DNA from: an uncultured Christensenella sp.
GTDB taxonomy: Bacteria; Bacillota; Clostridia; Christensenellales; UBA1242
Length of the DNA stretch: 64,000 nucleotides
Reading direction: 5' to 3'
Assembly: GCA_964455585.1 (NCBI GenBank)
Contig: CAYVXW010000002.1
Coordinates: 1,734 to 65,733, forward strand
Under the pieces are notes generated by a model. The model was not told where the DNA came from. It worked only from the letters and a program-made list of their open reading frames with translations, and did not search any database. Shown here in pieces: positions 1 to 9,980 of the stretch. The first letter of the stretch is position 1; each line of letters begins with the position of its first letter. Position numbers and translations under genes: made by a program.

Positions 1-3000
1 TAAAGCCGGTTATATCAGTCATTTGGAAACTAGCGGTAGCCGACACTTCACCGTCACCCGAGGTAACCTTTATGGTAACCACGTCGGACGAAGAAAGTGT
101 AAGCACACAAACCTTGCCCGAAACATTTAGGCTAGCCCCCTCTCCCGAAACAATCGTCCAAGTAGCCGATTGGTCGGAGACATTGTTGCTATCTAGTTTG
201 TAACCAAGTTCAATGGTAGAAGCAAAGGATGAAGAAATTCTACTCGATATAACCTTTTCATTAAGGGTTATGTCAATGCTCTCTGCCAATTGGATAACCG
301 AAACTTTCAAGGTGTATTTTCCACTGCCACTAACACCCACTTTTAGTTGTCCGTCGGTGGTTGCACTAAGACCAGTTAGGGTAAATCCTATTTGGTCAGT
401 AGCAGGTGTGCATCCAAATCCGCTATTGTTATTTTCAATATCTAATACTGCCGTCACATCGGTTGGCAATATATTTTTAATAGCAAACTTTATTGCGTTT
501 TTGTCTTTTGTTTTTAGCGTAATGCTTGCTTCGTTACTTATTTTTCCTTCCGTGCCGCCCGTTACCTTATATAGGTCAAACGAGGTTGCTTTTCCAAAAG
601 TACTTTCAATAACGAAGTCTACGCCCACTTCTTCTTTTCCACCATACACAACCGAAACACGCATTGTAGCCTTGCCCGCACCAGTGAATGTAACCTTTCC
701 ATCCGCCGAAACCGAAGCAAACGAGCCACCACTTGCAACCTTATACTCAATAGTTTTGTCCACCATTGAGCCGTCGCCATTGTTTACTATTACTATAGGT
801 GCCACATTCCACTCGGTCAAAGCGGTGTAGACATTGTTTTTGCCTTCCGCCAATTTAATTTGTGCTTCTTTCCAAACATAGAAGTTTAGCGTAAAGGTAT
901 CTTTTCCGCCATTAGGCTTGGTTGCGGTAACCAAAATTGTAACATATCCGCCCTTGCCCTTTAGTGTAATTTCACCCAACTCGTTTACCGAAAGTATATC
1001 GTTTTCGCTTACGCCTCTTAGTGCACTTGTTCTTTGTGTTGCACCTTTGGATGTACGCAAACTAGTTGTCGCAATTGCGTTAGCAGGGCTCTCTACCTCA
1101 AAGGCATATGAAGTGTAGTTGTCGTCACTCGAACTTGGATACAAGACATAATTACTCTTTCCAACCCTCAAGGTTTCCACCTTTTCTTCACTCGCCTCAC
1201 CACCCGAACTTGCACTTAGGTCTAGCGATACAATTTCGTAATCTTTGTTGTTTACAATTGTTATGGTGTCGGTGGCATCATACACGCCACTTTCGTTTTT
1301 CTCGCTTGCAACCTTTATGGTAATAACCACTTGACCATTTCCAACAAACGATACTTTTCCGTTGTCATCAACGGTTGCGACTTTTTCGTCGCTAGATGTA
1401 AATATTGCATTATATGGGCTTAGTGTAGCACCATTGTTTGCAACTGCCGTGTAGCCTAGTTGCAAACTTTCGTTTTCGCCATATTTTGTTACCATATAGT
1501 TGTTTCCTTTTCCGTCAACCGTAATGGTAACGCTTGTTGCCTTATTTAGCACATAAATATCTATGTCTTGAGTTTTTGTTTGGGTTTGGGATGTGGAATA
1601 TCCAAACCTTAGTTTTGCACTTCCGCCACCTACAAACCTAACCCCATTTTCTTTCCACTCAAACACACTCTCGTCGGTGGATATTATGCTTATTTTTGCC
1701 TTGTCCGACTTTAGGTCTATGTCGCTAGGCAAATATGTGTATTTGATAGTTGGGGTCTTTGGTGTAGTAGAATAATCAAAAACATAACTATCCTTTGTTT
1801 CTCCGTCAAACGAAACGCTTGCGGTAAGAGACTTATAATAACCCAATGTGCTTGTTATTTTTCTTGTAATACATTCGTACTCGCCATCCTCGTCGGTGGT
1901 TGAAATCTTGATTGTAATCGCACCTTGAGCGGTAAAGTATAGTACGCCGTTTTCAATAGAAGCAATATCGTTTCCGCCCAAGATTTCAAACTTGACCTCA
2001 AACGCCTTGCTTGAAAGGGCACTGCCCACATTCTCAAAAGTTCTAGCGGTAGTAGGCTTAATACTTGGCGCATAAACTTCTTTGAGGTCAATTCCCAAGC
2101 CGTCGGCTTTGCTACCCATTGCGGTAAGGTGGTTATCTTCCCAAGCACTATCGCCAAGAACGATACTCTTTACACTCTCGGTTGCAACATAATGTATGCC
2201 AATATCGCTTGCACCACTTGCCCCAAGGGTGATTGTGCCCTCGTCGCCGTGAGCCACTTTGAATACTCCAATTTGGTCAACCGACACTACATTATTATGA
2301 TCTATAATATTATATATATTAGTATTATATCTATCTTCAAATATATATTTTTGTCCCGAAACAAGTACGATATCCCTATTTGTTCCGCCACCCAAATCAA
2401 CAACATTTACATCGTCGCTAATCGTAATAACTTCTAGGCTAGCACTAGCCCCGCCGTCTTTGGCGTTTAGCGAAATGGAATATTTTTTGTTTCTTTCAAG
2501 ACCTTTAAGAGTTGCTACGCCGTCCTCAAGCGAAACATACCCGCTTGCACTTGCGTCCACTCCGTCTATCTTTAGCACCACATCCAAATCCAAAAGGGTT
2601 GGTGTAACTAAGTTATTGAACACATAATTAAATTTGTACGAACTATCTTTTGTAACCACTTGGCTTATGCCCTTATTTGTGGAGTTTTCCAAAATAGAAA
2701 TGCTATCTATATATTTGTCTATCTTTATGGATACTTCTTTTTGCATAGTGCCATATGTCACCATAACACTTGATGTGCCACTGCCAACAATATTTAGATT
2801 TGAGCCACTCCAACTTGCGCACGTGCCATTTACACTTACGCTAGGTGTGTCGCTTGAGACGCCATATGTTGGCGCCACACGAGCAATGTTTTTAAGCAGG
2901 TCTATACTCTTATTCTCCATTGTGTCATACAAATAGGTGTATGATAGCGTAACGCCATCAAAGCCCGTAACTCTTCCGTATGTGGAACTAACCACAAACG

Positions 3001-6000
3001 AGTACTCAAGCACTTTGGTTTCTAAAGTAGTCTCTTCCACTGCAACTGCACTTGCATTGTCCAAAGGCAAAATCTTGTATGTAATACTTGCGGTTATTGT
3101 AACACTTCCCGCCTTTTTAAATACAATTACGCCATTGTCAATGGTTGCAATATTTTCGTCGCTAGATTTAAAATTATATGCCAATCTTTCGCCGTCCGCA
3201 CCAAACTCATCAAGTTCCATAAACTTTAGTGTAATGCTACTTGATGCCGTAGAGTGTTCTTGTTTTGTGGATAATTCCACGCTTTCGCCATTTGGCTTTT
3301 GGTCAACTATTTTAATTTCGCCATCCAAAATGCTTTGTTTGTCGCTAACCGAAATTGCTCTTCTTTTAATTGTTTCTTCTTTTCCTTGCTCTTGTCCCGG
3401 CTCGGTGTCGTACTTAAACTTTATGTTTACATCTTTACTAAACGACTTTGTAAACTTATAGTAAACCGAACCCCTGTCGTCAATGCACTCTTCCACGCCG
3501 TCGACCGTGCCCGTAAACTCAATCTTGCTAGGGTCAAGTCTTCCGGTAGAAGAAATGAATGTAAATGGTTCGCCAACTGGCGCAATTATTGTTTGTGACT
3601 CGATATCAACTTCGTACATAACGTCGGTTGTCATATATGATACTACAAATGTTTTTCCACTCTCTAGAGTAAATGTTACTTCAATGCTTTCGCCCGCCTT
3701 GCTAAACACAATTCTATCGTTTGTGCTAGGCTTTTCGGCAACTGAGCCGTCGTCCTTGGTTATTTCCCAACTAATAATTCTTTTTTGGTTTGCATCTAGT
3801 GGCATTGCAATTGGATTTACATATATTGTTGCCCTATTGCCAACAACTTCATTTTTGCCACTTTCTTTTAGTTCAGTTCCGTCCAAACTTATGCCCGTGG
3901 CGATTCTGTTTACCGTAAACTTGATGATATCTAGACTAGTTCCAGTGGTTTTGTTTGTAACCTTTATTTCAAACTCTCCGCCCGCATTAAACTTTAGTTT
4001 TAACCCGTCAACGGTCACCATATTCTCACGCGACGCTTTTGTAACCTCTACTTGCACGCTTTCGTCCAACACAAATGGCTTTGGCGAAATGTTTAGATAG
4101 TCGTTTAGGTCAAAATAGTTAGTTAAAGAGTTTTCCTCGTCAAATACTTTTTCGGTGCTTACGCCCGACTTTTTGGTAATGTTTGCCACCCCATATGTCG
4201 TACGGATTGAAATGGCGCAAGACATTCCGTTAGACTCGCCACCAACAACGCTATTTGCGTACGCCAAAGTAAGTTTTGGACTATATGTGCCCGCGTGGTC
4301 AAAGATTACACAGTTGTCTTCAACCTTTACGCCCTCGCCATATGTAAGAGTTGCATAACCACTTGAAACGTATTCCGGTAGTTTGCCATCACCACCAACC
4401 AACACCTCTAGGTCTAGTTCGGTCTTGCCCGTTTCGTATACGCCACCAACAAGGGTGTAGTCGCCAGAGTTCTTTGGCATAAGTGAAATGGTATTTTGAC
4501 TTAGGCACACAAAGTTAAATTCTTCGTCGCCAAATGTAACTTTGCCCGAGCCGTTTACAGTAACCTTTGCACCTTGAAGTGCAATATCTTTTGTGCTTGA
4601 CACAAATTTTTGGTCGTATGAGGCACTAGATAGCGCCGTGCTACTAGGCTTTAGCATAACGGTTGTGCCTTTTATTATAACAATATCTTTGATGTCTAGT
4701 ACGGTGCTATTTCCCGTATACACCACGGTTATTTTTGCACCATCGCTTTGACCATTTAGCCTTGCCATAACAGTGCAACTGCCCGCTCCACTAAACGATA
4801 GTTTACTGCCATCTAGCGTGGCAACATTTCCGCCACTTATTATATTATAATATAGTTTTGAGTTTCCAGTTGCAGTGGATGGACTGAATGCAAATAGCGA
4901 GCCAAAATCAAACACATTGCTATCCGCAAAGAAATATTCTCCGCTTGTGGTAATTGTTGTTTTTGCACTTTCGCTAACACTTATGCTAATTTCGCCCAAA
5001 TATTTCTTTTGGGTGTCGCCCGTATCGGCATACACTTTTACTTTGCTTACTCCCCCGTGACGGGTGGAAACTATGTTATTTTGGATTGTAATGCTATTGC
5101 CCGTCACCTCAAAGGTGATGTATTCTTTGTTTACGCCGTCTAGCATTGATACATAGTTATACAAGTCGCAAGTGTCATTGTTGTCGTGCGACAAATGGAT
5201 TTCTTTTACATTTAGGCTTGTGGTGTCGTCTGGATGCAAGTATGTTGAATGAATTACAACCTTTCTGCAAATTCCGTCCACCTCAACCAAAATTGTAATA
5301 TCCCCAATGCCACTAAATGTAACCTTGTGCCCGTTAATCAAAGCAATGCCGTCCTCACTACAACTCTCAACCGAAAGGATTGCCGTCGTAGCAGTTGCAT
5401 TGTTTGGGGTTAGGGTATATAAAATTTCAAACTCTTTGGCGGTAGAATAAACCGAAGTTTGGTCGTTTGTTATATCAAAAGTTGTAGACTTATCCTCGCC
5501 CCAAGAGGCTTTTACTTTTAGATTGTCAATGCTTTCTACTAGTCTATTTATTACAACCGTAACCGTTTTGGTAGAGTCTACTTTTCCGTTCTTTAGATAA
5601 CTGACTGTAATTTGTGCCGTGCCCTTGTCTTTTAGGGTAAACACTGGGCTAGTTCCCATTTGCTCCAAACAAGTGCTACCTGATAGCACAAATTGCACAT
5701 CTTCAAAGTTTTCGACTTGCTCGTCGATTAGTGCAAATTTACGCACGCCCTCGCCCGACTTTCGCATATTCAAACAAATGGTGTCGGCATCATCTAGGTC
5801 TCTAGAAATGTCTATTTTTTCAAGGCTTTCGCCAATATACATCACAACAACCGAACTAGTAACACCTTTGTCGGTGCGAGCCGTAACAGTCACTTTTCCA
5901 TAGCCCGAAGCAATAATATTGTCTTTGAAAATTAGTTTTCCCGACTTGACCTCGGCAACGCTATCGTCCGATAGGCTATATGTAATTTCGTCGTTGGCGT

Positions 6001-7276
6001 CCTCTGGCAAACTGCTTGCGTCCAAGGTTATTCCATCACTTCCCGCATATGCAAATTTTGCACCGCCTTTAAAGTCGTTTCCCGTAAAGCCAATTATGGT
6101 AGCCGTACGGTTTACGGTAATGGTTGACGAATCCGAAATAACGCCGTCAACACCCCCGCCACTAATAGTAACCGTCGCCCTTCCGCCACGCTTTACTTTT
6201 AGTTTTCCGTTTTCGAGTTTTATAACTTCCGAAGACAAACCGCTCTCATCTGTGACCACAATATTTAGTTTGCTTGCATCCATATCAAGAGGTGCATAAG
6301 AATATTTTAGAACCAATTCTTCGTCGTTTTCATAATCGGCAAAATTGATATTGGTTGGACTGTCTATCGAAAAAGATATCGAACTAAACTTCCCAAATGT
6401 GGATGTATACTTTTTTGTAACCTCAATGTTGGTGCCCGCAATATATGCCGTAACATTAATTGTGCCCGCTTTACTAAAAGTTATGTTTCCGTTTTCGTCC
6501 ACAGTTGCAACATTTTGCCCCTCAACATCCGCTACTCTATATGATATTTTTTCGCTTGCACCACTTGGGGAGAGTTCGACATTTGGGAAGACAAAACTAG
6601 TTTTGGAAGAAAACTCGTCGCCGTCCTTTCCTTTTTCGATTTCCATACCCGACACATGTGGCTTTGCGCTAATTCTTAGCGACACACTTAGATTTGGATT
6701 GGAGTGCAAATATGCGGTAATGGTGGTTTCTCCTCCGCCTACAACTGTAACAACCCCGCTTTTTGCAACGGTGGCTACACTTGGGTCGGACGAAACATAA
6801 TCTAGTTCTACATCAATAGCGTCGCTAGGAACCCAAACGACATTTAGTTTGTATGTATCGCCCACATACATATTTTTTTGCGTTTCAGAAAGGCTTAGGC
6901 TATGAACCCTTGCGCTAGTAACCCTTACCTTGCAATACGCCGTTTTGGTGCCATTTTCTTTGGATTTTGCGTGGATATATGTTTCGCCAAAATCTACCCC
7001 CACAATCTTTCCCTTTGAATTGACCGTTACAATATTTTCGTTATCGCTCCAAAACTCAACTTCTTTGTTATTTGCAAGAAGAGGAAAAACATTTACTTTG
7101 ACTTCGCCCGAAACACTATCCGCGGTATCCTTTTGCAAGACGATTTCGTCTTCGACAAACTCAAGGTATTCAACATAAAGATAGGTGGACATATTAACAA
7201 TATTTCCACTAAGCAACAAAATGCCAAGCACAATAAGTGGCATTAGTATCAATGTAAATATCATTGTCTTTTTCAT
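1..7276 (-). CDS. Giant surface protein with tandem Ig-like (Big_2-type) domains. Only the 5' part is present (2,425 codons); the gene runs off the left edge.
   Basis: The ORF is absent from the supplied track because it has no stop inside the window. Hand translation of the minus strand from ATG 7276-7274 (AGGAGG at 7290-7285) gives MKKTMIFTLILMPLIVLGILLLSGN, a signal or anchor. Further on it reads NIVTVNSKGKIVGVDFGETYIHAKSKENGTKTAYCKVRV and DPSVATVAKSGVVTVVGGGETTITAY, which are Big_2-like repeats. The left edge in the same frame (codons 2-4, 5-7 ...) reads SSDVVTIKVTSGDGEVSATASFQMTDITGF. No minus-strand fragments of this frame appear in the track, as expected if the frame is open throughout. 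The + ORFs at 213-7178 are its antisense shadows. Confidence 0.85.
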   Translation of the reverse strand, partial: MKKTMIFTLILMPLIVLGILLLSGNIVNMSTYLYVEYLEFVEDEIVLQKDTADSVSGEVKVNVFPLLANNKEVEFWSDNENIVTVNSKGKIVGVDFGETYIHAKSKENGTKTAYCKVRVTSARVHSLSLSETQKNMYVGDTYKLNVVWVPSDAIDVELDYVSSDPSVATVAKSGVVTVVGGGETTITAYLHSNPNLSVSLRISAKPHVSGMEIEKGKDGDEFSSKTSFVFPNVELSPSGASEKISYRVADVEGQNVATVDENGNITFSKAGTINVTAYIAGTNIEVTKKYTSTFGKFSSISFSIDSPTNINFADYENDEELVLKYSYAPLDMDASKLNIVVTDESGLSSEVIKLENGKLKVKRGGRATVTISGGGVDGVISDSSTITVNRTATIIGFTGNDFKGGAKFAYAGSDGITLDASSLPEDANDEITYSLSDDSVAEVKSGKLIFKDNIIASGYGKVTVTARTDKGVTSSVVVMYIGESLEKIDISRDLDDADTICLNMRKSGEGVRKFALIDEQVENFEDVQFVLSGSTCLEQMGTSPVFTLKDKGTAQITVSYLKNGKVDSTKTVTVVINRLVESIDNLKVKASWGEDKSTTFDITNDQTSVYSTAKEFEILYTLTPNNATATTAILSVESCSEDGIALINGHKVTFSGIGDITILVEVDGICRKVVIHSTYLHPDDTTSLNVKEIHLSHDNNDTCDLYNYVSMLDGVNKEYITFEVTGNSITIQNNIVSTRHGGVSKVKVYADTGDTQKKYLGEISISVSESAKTTITTSGEYFFADSNVFDFGSLFAFSPSTATGNSKLYYNIISGGNVATLDGSKLSFSGAGSCTVMARLNGQSDGAKITVVYTGNSTVLDIKDIVIIKGTTVMLKPSSTALSSASYDQKFVSSTKDIALQGAKVTVNGSGKVTFGDEEFNFVCLSQNTISLMPKNSGDYTLVGGVYETGKTELDLEVLVGGDGKLPEYVSSGYATLTYGEGVKVEDNCVIFDHAGTYSPKLTLAYANSVVGGESNGMSCAISIRTTYGVANITKKSGVSTEKVFDEENSLTNYFDLNDYLNISPKPFVLDESVQVEVTKASRENMVTVDGLKLKFNAGGEFEIKVTNKTTGTSLDIIKFTVNRIATGISLDGTELKESGKNEVVGNRATIYVNPIAMPLDANQKRIISWEITKDDGSVAEKPSTNDRIVFSKAGESIEVTFTLESGKTFVVSYMTTDVMYEVDIESQTIIAPVGEPFTFISSTGRLDPSKIEFTGTVDGVEECIDDRGSVYYKFTKSFSKDVNIKFKYDTEPGQEQGKEETIKRRAISVSDKQSILDGEIKIVDQKPNGESVELSTKQEHSTASSSITLKFMELDEFGADGERLAYNFKSSDENIATIDNGVIVFKKAGSVTITASITYKILPLDNASAVAVEETTLETKVLEYSFVVSSTYGRVTGFDGVTLSYTYLYDTMENKSIDLLKNIARVAPTYGVSSDTPSVSVNGTCASWSGSNLNIVGSGTSSVMVTYGTMQKEVSIKIDKYIDSISILENSTNKGISQVVTKDSSYKFNYVFNNLVTPTLLDLDVVLKIDGVDASASGYVSLEDGVATLKGLERNKKYSISLNAKDGGASASLEVITISDDVNVVDLGGGTNRDIVLVSGQKYIFEDRYNTNIYNIIDHNNVVSVDQIGVFKVAHGDEGTITLGASGASDIGIHYVATESVKSIVLGDSAWEDNHLTAMGSKADGLGIDLKEVYAPSIKPTTARTFENVGSALSSKAFEVKFEILGGNDIASIENGVLYFTAQGAITIKISTTDEDGEYECITRKITSTLGYYKSLTASVSFDGETKDSYVFDYSTTPKTPTIKYTYLPSDIDLKSDKAKISIISTDESVFEWKENGVRFVGGGSAKLRFGYSTSQTQTKTQDIDIYVLNKATSVTITVDGKGNNYMVTKYGENESLQLGYTAVANNGATLSPYNAIFTSSDEKVATVDDNGKVSFVGNGQVVITIKVASEKNESGVYDATDTITIVNNKDYEIVSLDLSASSGGEASEEKVETLRVGKSNYVLYPSSSDDNYTSYAFEVESPANAIATTSLRTSKGATQRTSALRGVSENDILSVNELGEITLKGKGGYVTILVTATKPNGGKDTFTLNFYVWKEAQIKLAEGKNNVYTALTEWNVAPIVIVNNGDGSMVDKTIEYKVASGGSFASVSADGKVTFTGAGKATMRVSVVYGGKEEVGVDFVIESTFGKATSFDLYKVTGGTEGKISNEASITLKTKDKNAIKFAIKNILPTDVTAVLDIENNNSGFGCTPATDQIGFTLTGLSATTDGQLKVGVSGSGKYTLKVSVIQLAESIDITLNEKVISSRISSSFASTIELGYKLDSNNVSDQSATWTIVSGEGASLNVSGKVCVLTLSSSDVVTIKVTSGDGEVSATASFQMTDITGF

Positions 7277-7305
7277 ATTTTCCCCCTCCTATAAAATTTG
7301 GATTT

Positions 7306-8913
7306 TTATTGTTCTATTTTTAGATATCTTTTTTGTGTAAGAGTCGCAAATAGAATTGTGTTTATTGTGGCATATAGTAACGCTATGCCAAGCAAAATTA
7401 GATAGGTATAATCAACGCTTATAAAGAAACTTAGGAATATTCCTAGTATCCCCTCAATTGCGGTTACCAAAATTCCAATAAGCATTGCGGTTAGCGTGTT
7501 GGTTTGGCTCTCATCGCCCTCGCTTGACTTTATATTTGGTCTAGCGACATTTATATTAAAGCCATTAAAGATTATGCCTATAGTTAGTAACAACGCCGTT
7601 GCAAGCACCACAAGTCCTTCTACAATGGTTATAAACTTAAGCGCACATAGTACCACAAGCGATATTATAACCGCAAGCATCGACACAATAAAGTTTACAA
7701 GCCCCTTTGCAAGAAGTTGAACTCTAGCGTCAACGGGAGTAATTTTTGTAATATAAAATTGCTTCCCCTCTCTGCTAATTGCCGAGCCCGAAAACGAATT
7801 TATCATACTAACAAACGCAAGCACTACTAGTATCGACACGCCAAACGCTATGCTTCCGCCCATTTGAGCCTTTCCGACCTTTACTATTAGGTTGTTTGTA
7901 AGATAAACCATAATTGGAGTAACAATAGCAATTCCCAAATAGAAATACGAGTATCCCGAAGTTCTAATAATTTCTTTTATTTCTTTTTTGAATATCGCCA
8001 TAAATGGGCTATCGTTTGTAATCTTGCTTCCTTTAGAGAATATTTTTTTCTTGCCCTCAAGAGTTTGCAATCTAATTCTATCATAAATAGGAATAGCAAT
8101 GAGTATGCCTATGCCTAGTAGCACAATACTTGACGAAAGTATTATTCCCATCCCTGCCCAAAGCCCCTCGCCAAAAGCAATTGAGGCTAGATATCCAAAC
8201 AAGTTCCAACCATTGCCTAGCGACACAATTAGTGACACTAGTTTTGTTTGGGCTTCGGCATCAACTTTTTGGTGGATGTAGTATTCGGCAAGGAAATTTA
8301 GTAACATACTATATAGCACAAACACGCCCGCAATTACCACCAAAAACACAATAAGTTTTAGGATATTGCGATTTTGCAAACTAACGACTATATACATTGT
8401 TGGAACAACTAGCATTGTGGCAATCCCAAAAGGCACTAGAGGCGCAAAAATTGCCGACAAAAGCACTCTAAAGAAATATCCCACGCTAAGTATGCCCATC
8501 TTTAGTCCAAAAATGCACATAACTGACATTGTGGCAAATATGGATATAGCAAGCAAGTACACAAACACGATTATTAAGTGTGCCACAAATTGGCTAAGTG
8601 GCGACATTGGAAGGCGGGCTACAAGTTTTAGGTCTTTTGCATTTAGATAAAGTTTTAGTTCCATACTAATTCCAACTACTAGCAACACCACGCCTAGCAC
8701 TGTATAAAGAAGCCTAGAAAACTCTTTTGGGGTAATCTTGGACAAAAATTGACCGCTTATTACATCAAACATAAAGTAGCAAAGTGCTAGCCCTACGGCA
8801 ATAACAAGCACGCCCATAAGCGAGGTCATAACCCTACTTTTTTTGTCGACATTCTTGTCCGCCCTAAGGGAGAGTTTAAAGTGCATTCCTATGTACGAAC
8901 ATACTCTTTTCAT
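7306..8913 (-). CDS. ABC transporter permease (multi-pass membrane protein)
   Basis: The 535-aa ORF is almost entirely hydrophobic helices. Its ATG overlaps the stop of the upstream ATPase gene (ATGA at 8910-8913). A 29-nt gap separates it from the giant Ig-repeat gene. Confidence 0.75.
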   Translation of the reverse strand: MKRVCSYIGMHFKLSLRADKNVDKKSRVMTSLMGVLVIAVGLALCYFMFDVISGQFLSKITPKEFSRLLYTVLGVVLLVVGISMELKLYLNAKDLKLVARLPMSPLSQFVAHLIIVFVYLLAISIFATMSVMCIFGLKMGILSVGYFFRVLLSAIFAPLVPFGIATMLVVPTMYIVVSLQNRNILKLIVFLVVIAGVFVLYSMLLNFLAEYYIHQKVDAEAQTKLVSLIVSLGNGWNLFGYLASIAFGEGLWAGMGIILSSSIVLLGIGILIAIPIYDRIRLQTLEGKKKIFSKGSKITNDSPFMAIFKKEIKEIIRTSGYSYFYLGIAIVTPIMVYLTNNLIVKVGKAQMGGSIAFGVSILVVLAFVSMINSFSGSAISREGKQFYITKITPVDARVQLLAKGLVNFIVSMLAVIISLVVLCALKFITIVEGLVVLATALLLTIGIIFNGFNINVARPNIKSSEGDESQTNTLTAMLIGILVTAIEGILGIFLSFFISVDYTYLILLGIALLYATINTILFATLTQKRYLKIEQ

Positions 8914-9635
8914 AGGCCTGCCTCGGTTATTTCCTCAAATATTTTTTCTAGGTCAAAACTCTTATTTTTTCTTTCTTCTTCCAAATTGAAGTTTTCTACT
9001 AGTTTTCCTTCGTTTATTATTCCAACGTTATCACAAATCTTTTCGACTACATCAAGATTGTGGGAGGAGAATAGCACGCTATTGCCCTTGCCCGCATACT
9101 CTCTAATAACATTTTTTACTTGGTTCATAGTGGTGGGGTCAAGACCCATCATAGGCTCGTCTAGCACCCATAGTTTTGGCTCGTGAATAAGAGAGCCAAT
9201 AAGACAAATTTTTTGTTTCATTCCGTGGGAATAACTAAAAATTTGATTGTCCAAACTCTTTGTAATAGAAAAAAGTTTGGCATAGTGCTCTAGTCTTTTT
9301 GCCTTGGTTTCTTTGTCCACGCCATAAAGGCTACCCATATAGTTTACATACTCCCTGCCCGTCAATTTTTCATAAACCGAGTGGTCGTCGGGAACATAGC
9401 CAATAGTCTCTTTGGCTTTTGCGGAATCCTTGCTAATATCAAAGCCATTTACAATTATCTTTCCGCCATCAAAAGGAAGTATTCCAACAATACTTTTTAT
9501 AGTAGTAGACTTGCCCGCGCCATTGCAACCAACAAGCCCCATAACTGTGCCATCTTCTACAACAAAACTAATTCCCTTTGCCGAGTATTTTTTTGCACCT
9601 TTGTACTTTTTTGAAAAGTTATTTACCTCTAGCAT
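8910..9635 (-). CDS. ABC transporter ATP-binding protein
   Basis: Motifs present are Walker A GCNGAGKST, a signature-like SHGMKQK, Walker B LWVLDEP and H-loop SSHN. GGAGGGG lies upstream of the ATG. Confidence 0.9.
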   Translation of the reverse strand: MLEVNNFSKKYKGAKKYSAKGISFVVEDGTVMGLVGCNGAGKSTTIKSIVGILPFDGGKIIVNGFDISKDSAKAKETIGYVPDDHSVYEKLTGREYVNYMGSLYGVDKETKAKRLEHYAKLFSITKSLDNQIFSYSHGMKQKICLIGSLIHEPKLWVLDEPMMGLDPTTMNQVKNVIREYAGKGNSVLFSSHNLDVVEKICDNVGIINEGKLVENFNLEEERKNKSFDLEKIFEEITEAGL

Positions 9636-9864
9636 AACCCCTCCACATAAAATTATTTAATTAGCAATAAAAATCTAGCAACATTTGTCCCACTGGAATT
9701 GCGTTTTTCTATTATTATGCACAATTATACTACACAATTTTTGTATTTTTTGCAATGTTTTGGGGCGTTTAGCCCCAAAATTCAACATTTTGTAATAATT
9801 TGTCGATAATATGGGTCAAAATATAAGGGGTTTTCGCCCCTAATAATATATTATATTAATAACT

Positions 9865-9897
9865 ATTATATACCGCACCCCCCCCCCCTATTGTCAA
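9865..9897 (-). promoter_or_regulatory. Candidate sigma-A promoter with a G11 tract inside the spacer (predicted phase-variable)
   Basis: The minus strand reads TTGACA (9897-9892), then a 21-nt spacer a-ta-G11-tgcggta (9891-9871), then TATAAT (9870-9865). Both hexamers match consensus exactly. It lies about 230 nt upstream of the ABC ATPase start. Confidence 0.55.
9878..9888. repeat. C11/G11 homopolymer tract
   Basis: Direct count in ...taccgca-CCCCCCCCCCC-tattgtcaag... This is the longest G/C homopolymer I noticed in the window. Confidence 0.95.
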
Positions 9898-9942
9898 GTA
9901 CTTGTGGATAAGTTTATAAAAAATCCTTGGCTTTCATCCCAT

Positions 9943-9980
9943 TTTTGACACGATTTGCCCAATTTCGACAATTTTCGACA
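9943..9980 (+). promoter_or_regulatory. Helically phased direct repeats TTT(C)GACA, a candidate OmpR-family response-regulator operator
   Basis: The copies are ttttGACA (9943-9950), atttcGACA (9962-9970) and ttttcGACA (9972-9980). The GACA cores sit at 9947, 9967 and 9977, giving spacings of 20 and 10 bp. They lie upstream of the operon that encodes the regulator. Confidence 0.3.

Noticed and set aside
213-7178. About fifteen + strand ORFs of 60-205 aa (213-830, 2937-3461, 3483-4100, 6345-6800 and others)
   Set aside because: Their translations are low-complexity and rich in Ser, Thr, Pro, Leu and Phe. All sit in the frame that is typically open antisense to a real gene. The minus strand carries one continuous Ig-repeat ORF with a proper RBS and signal peptide, so these are antisense shadows.
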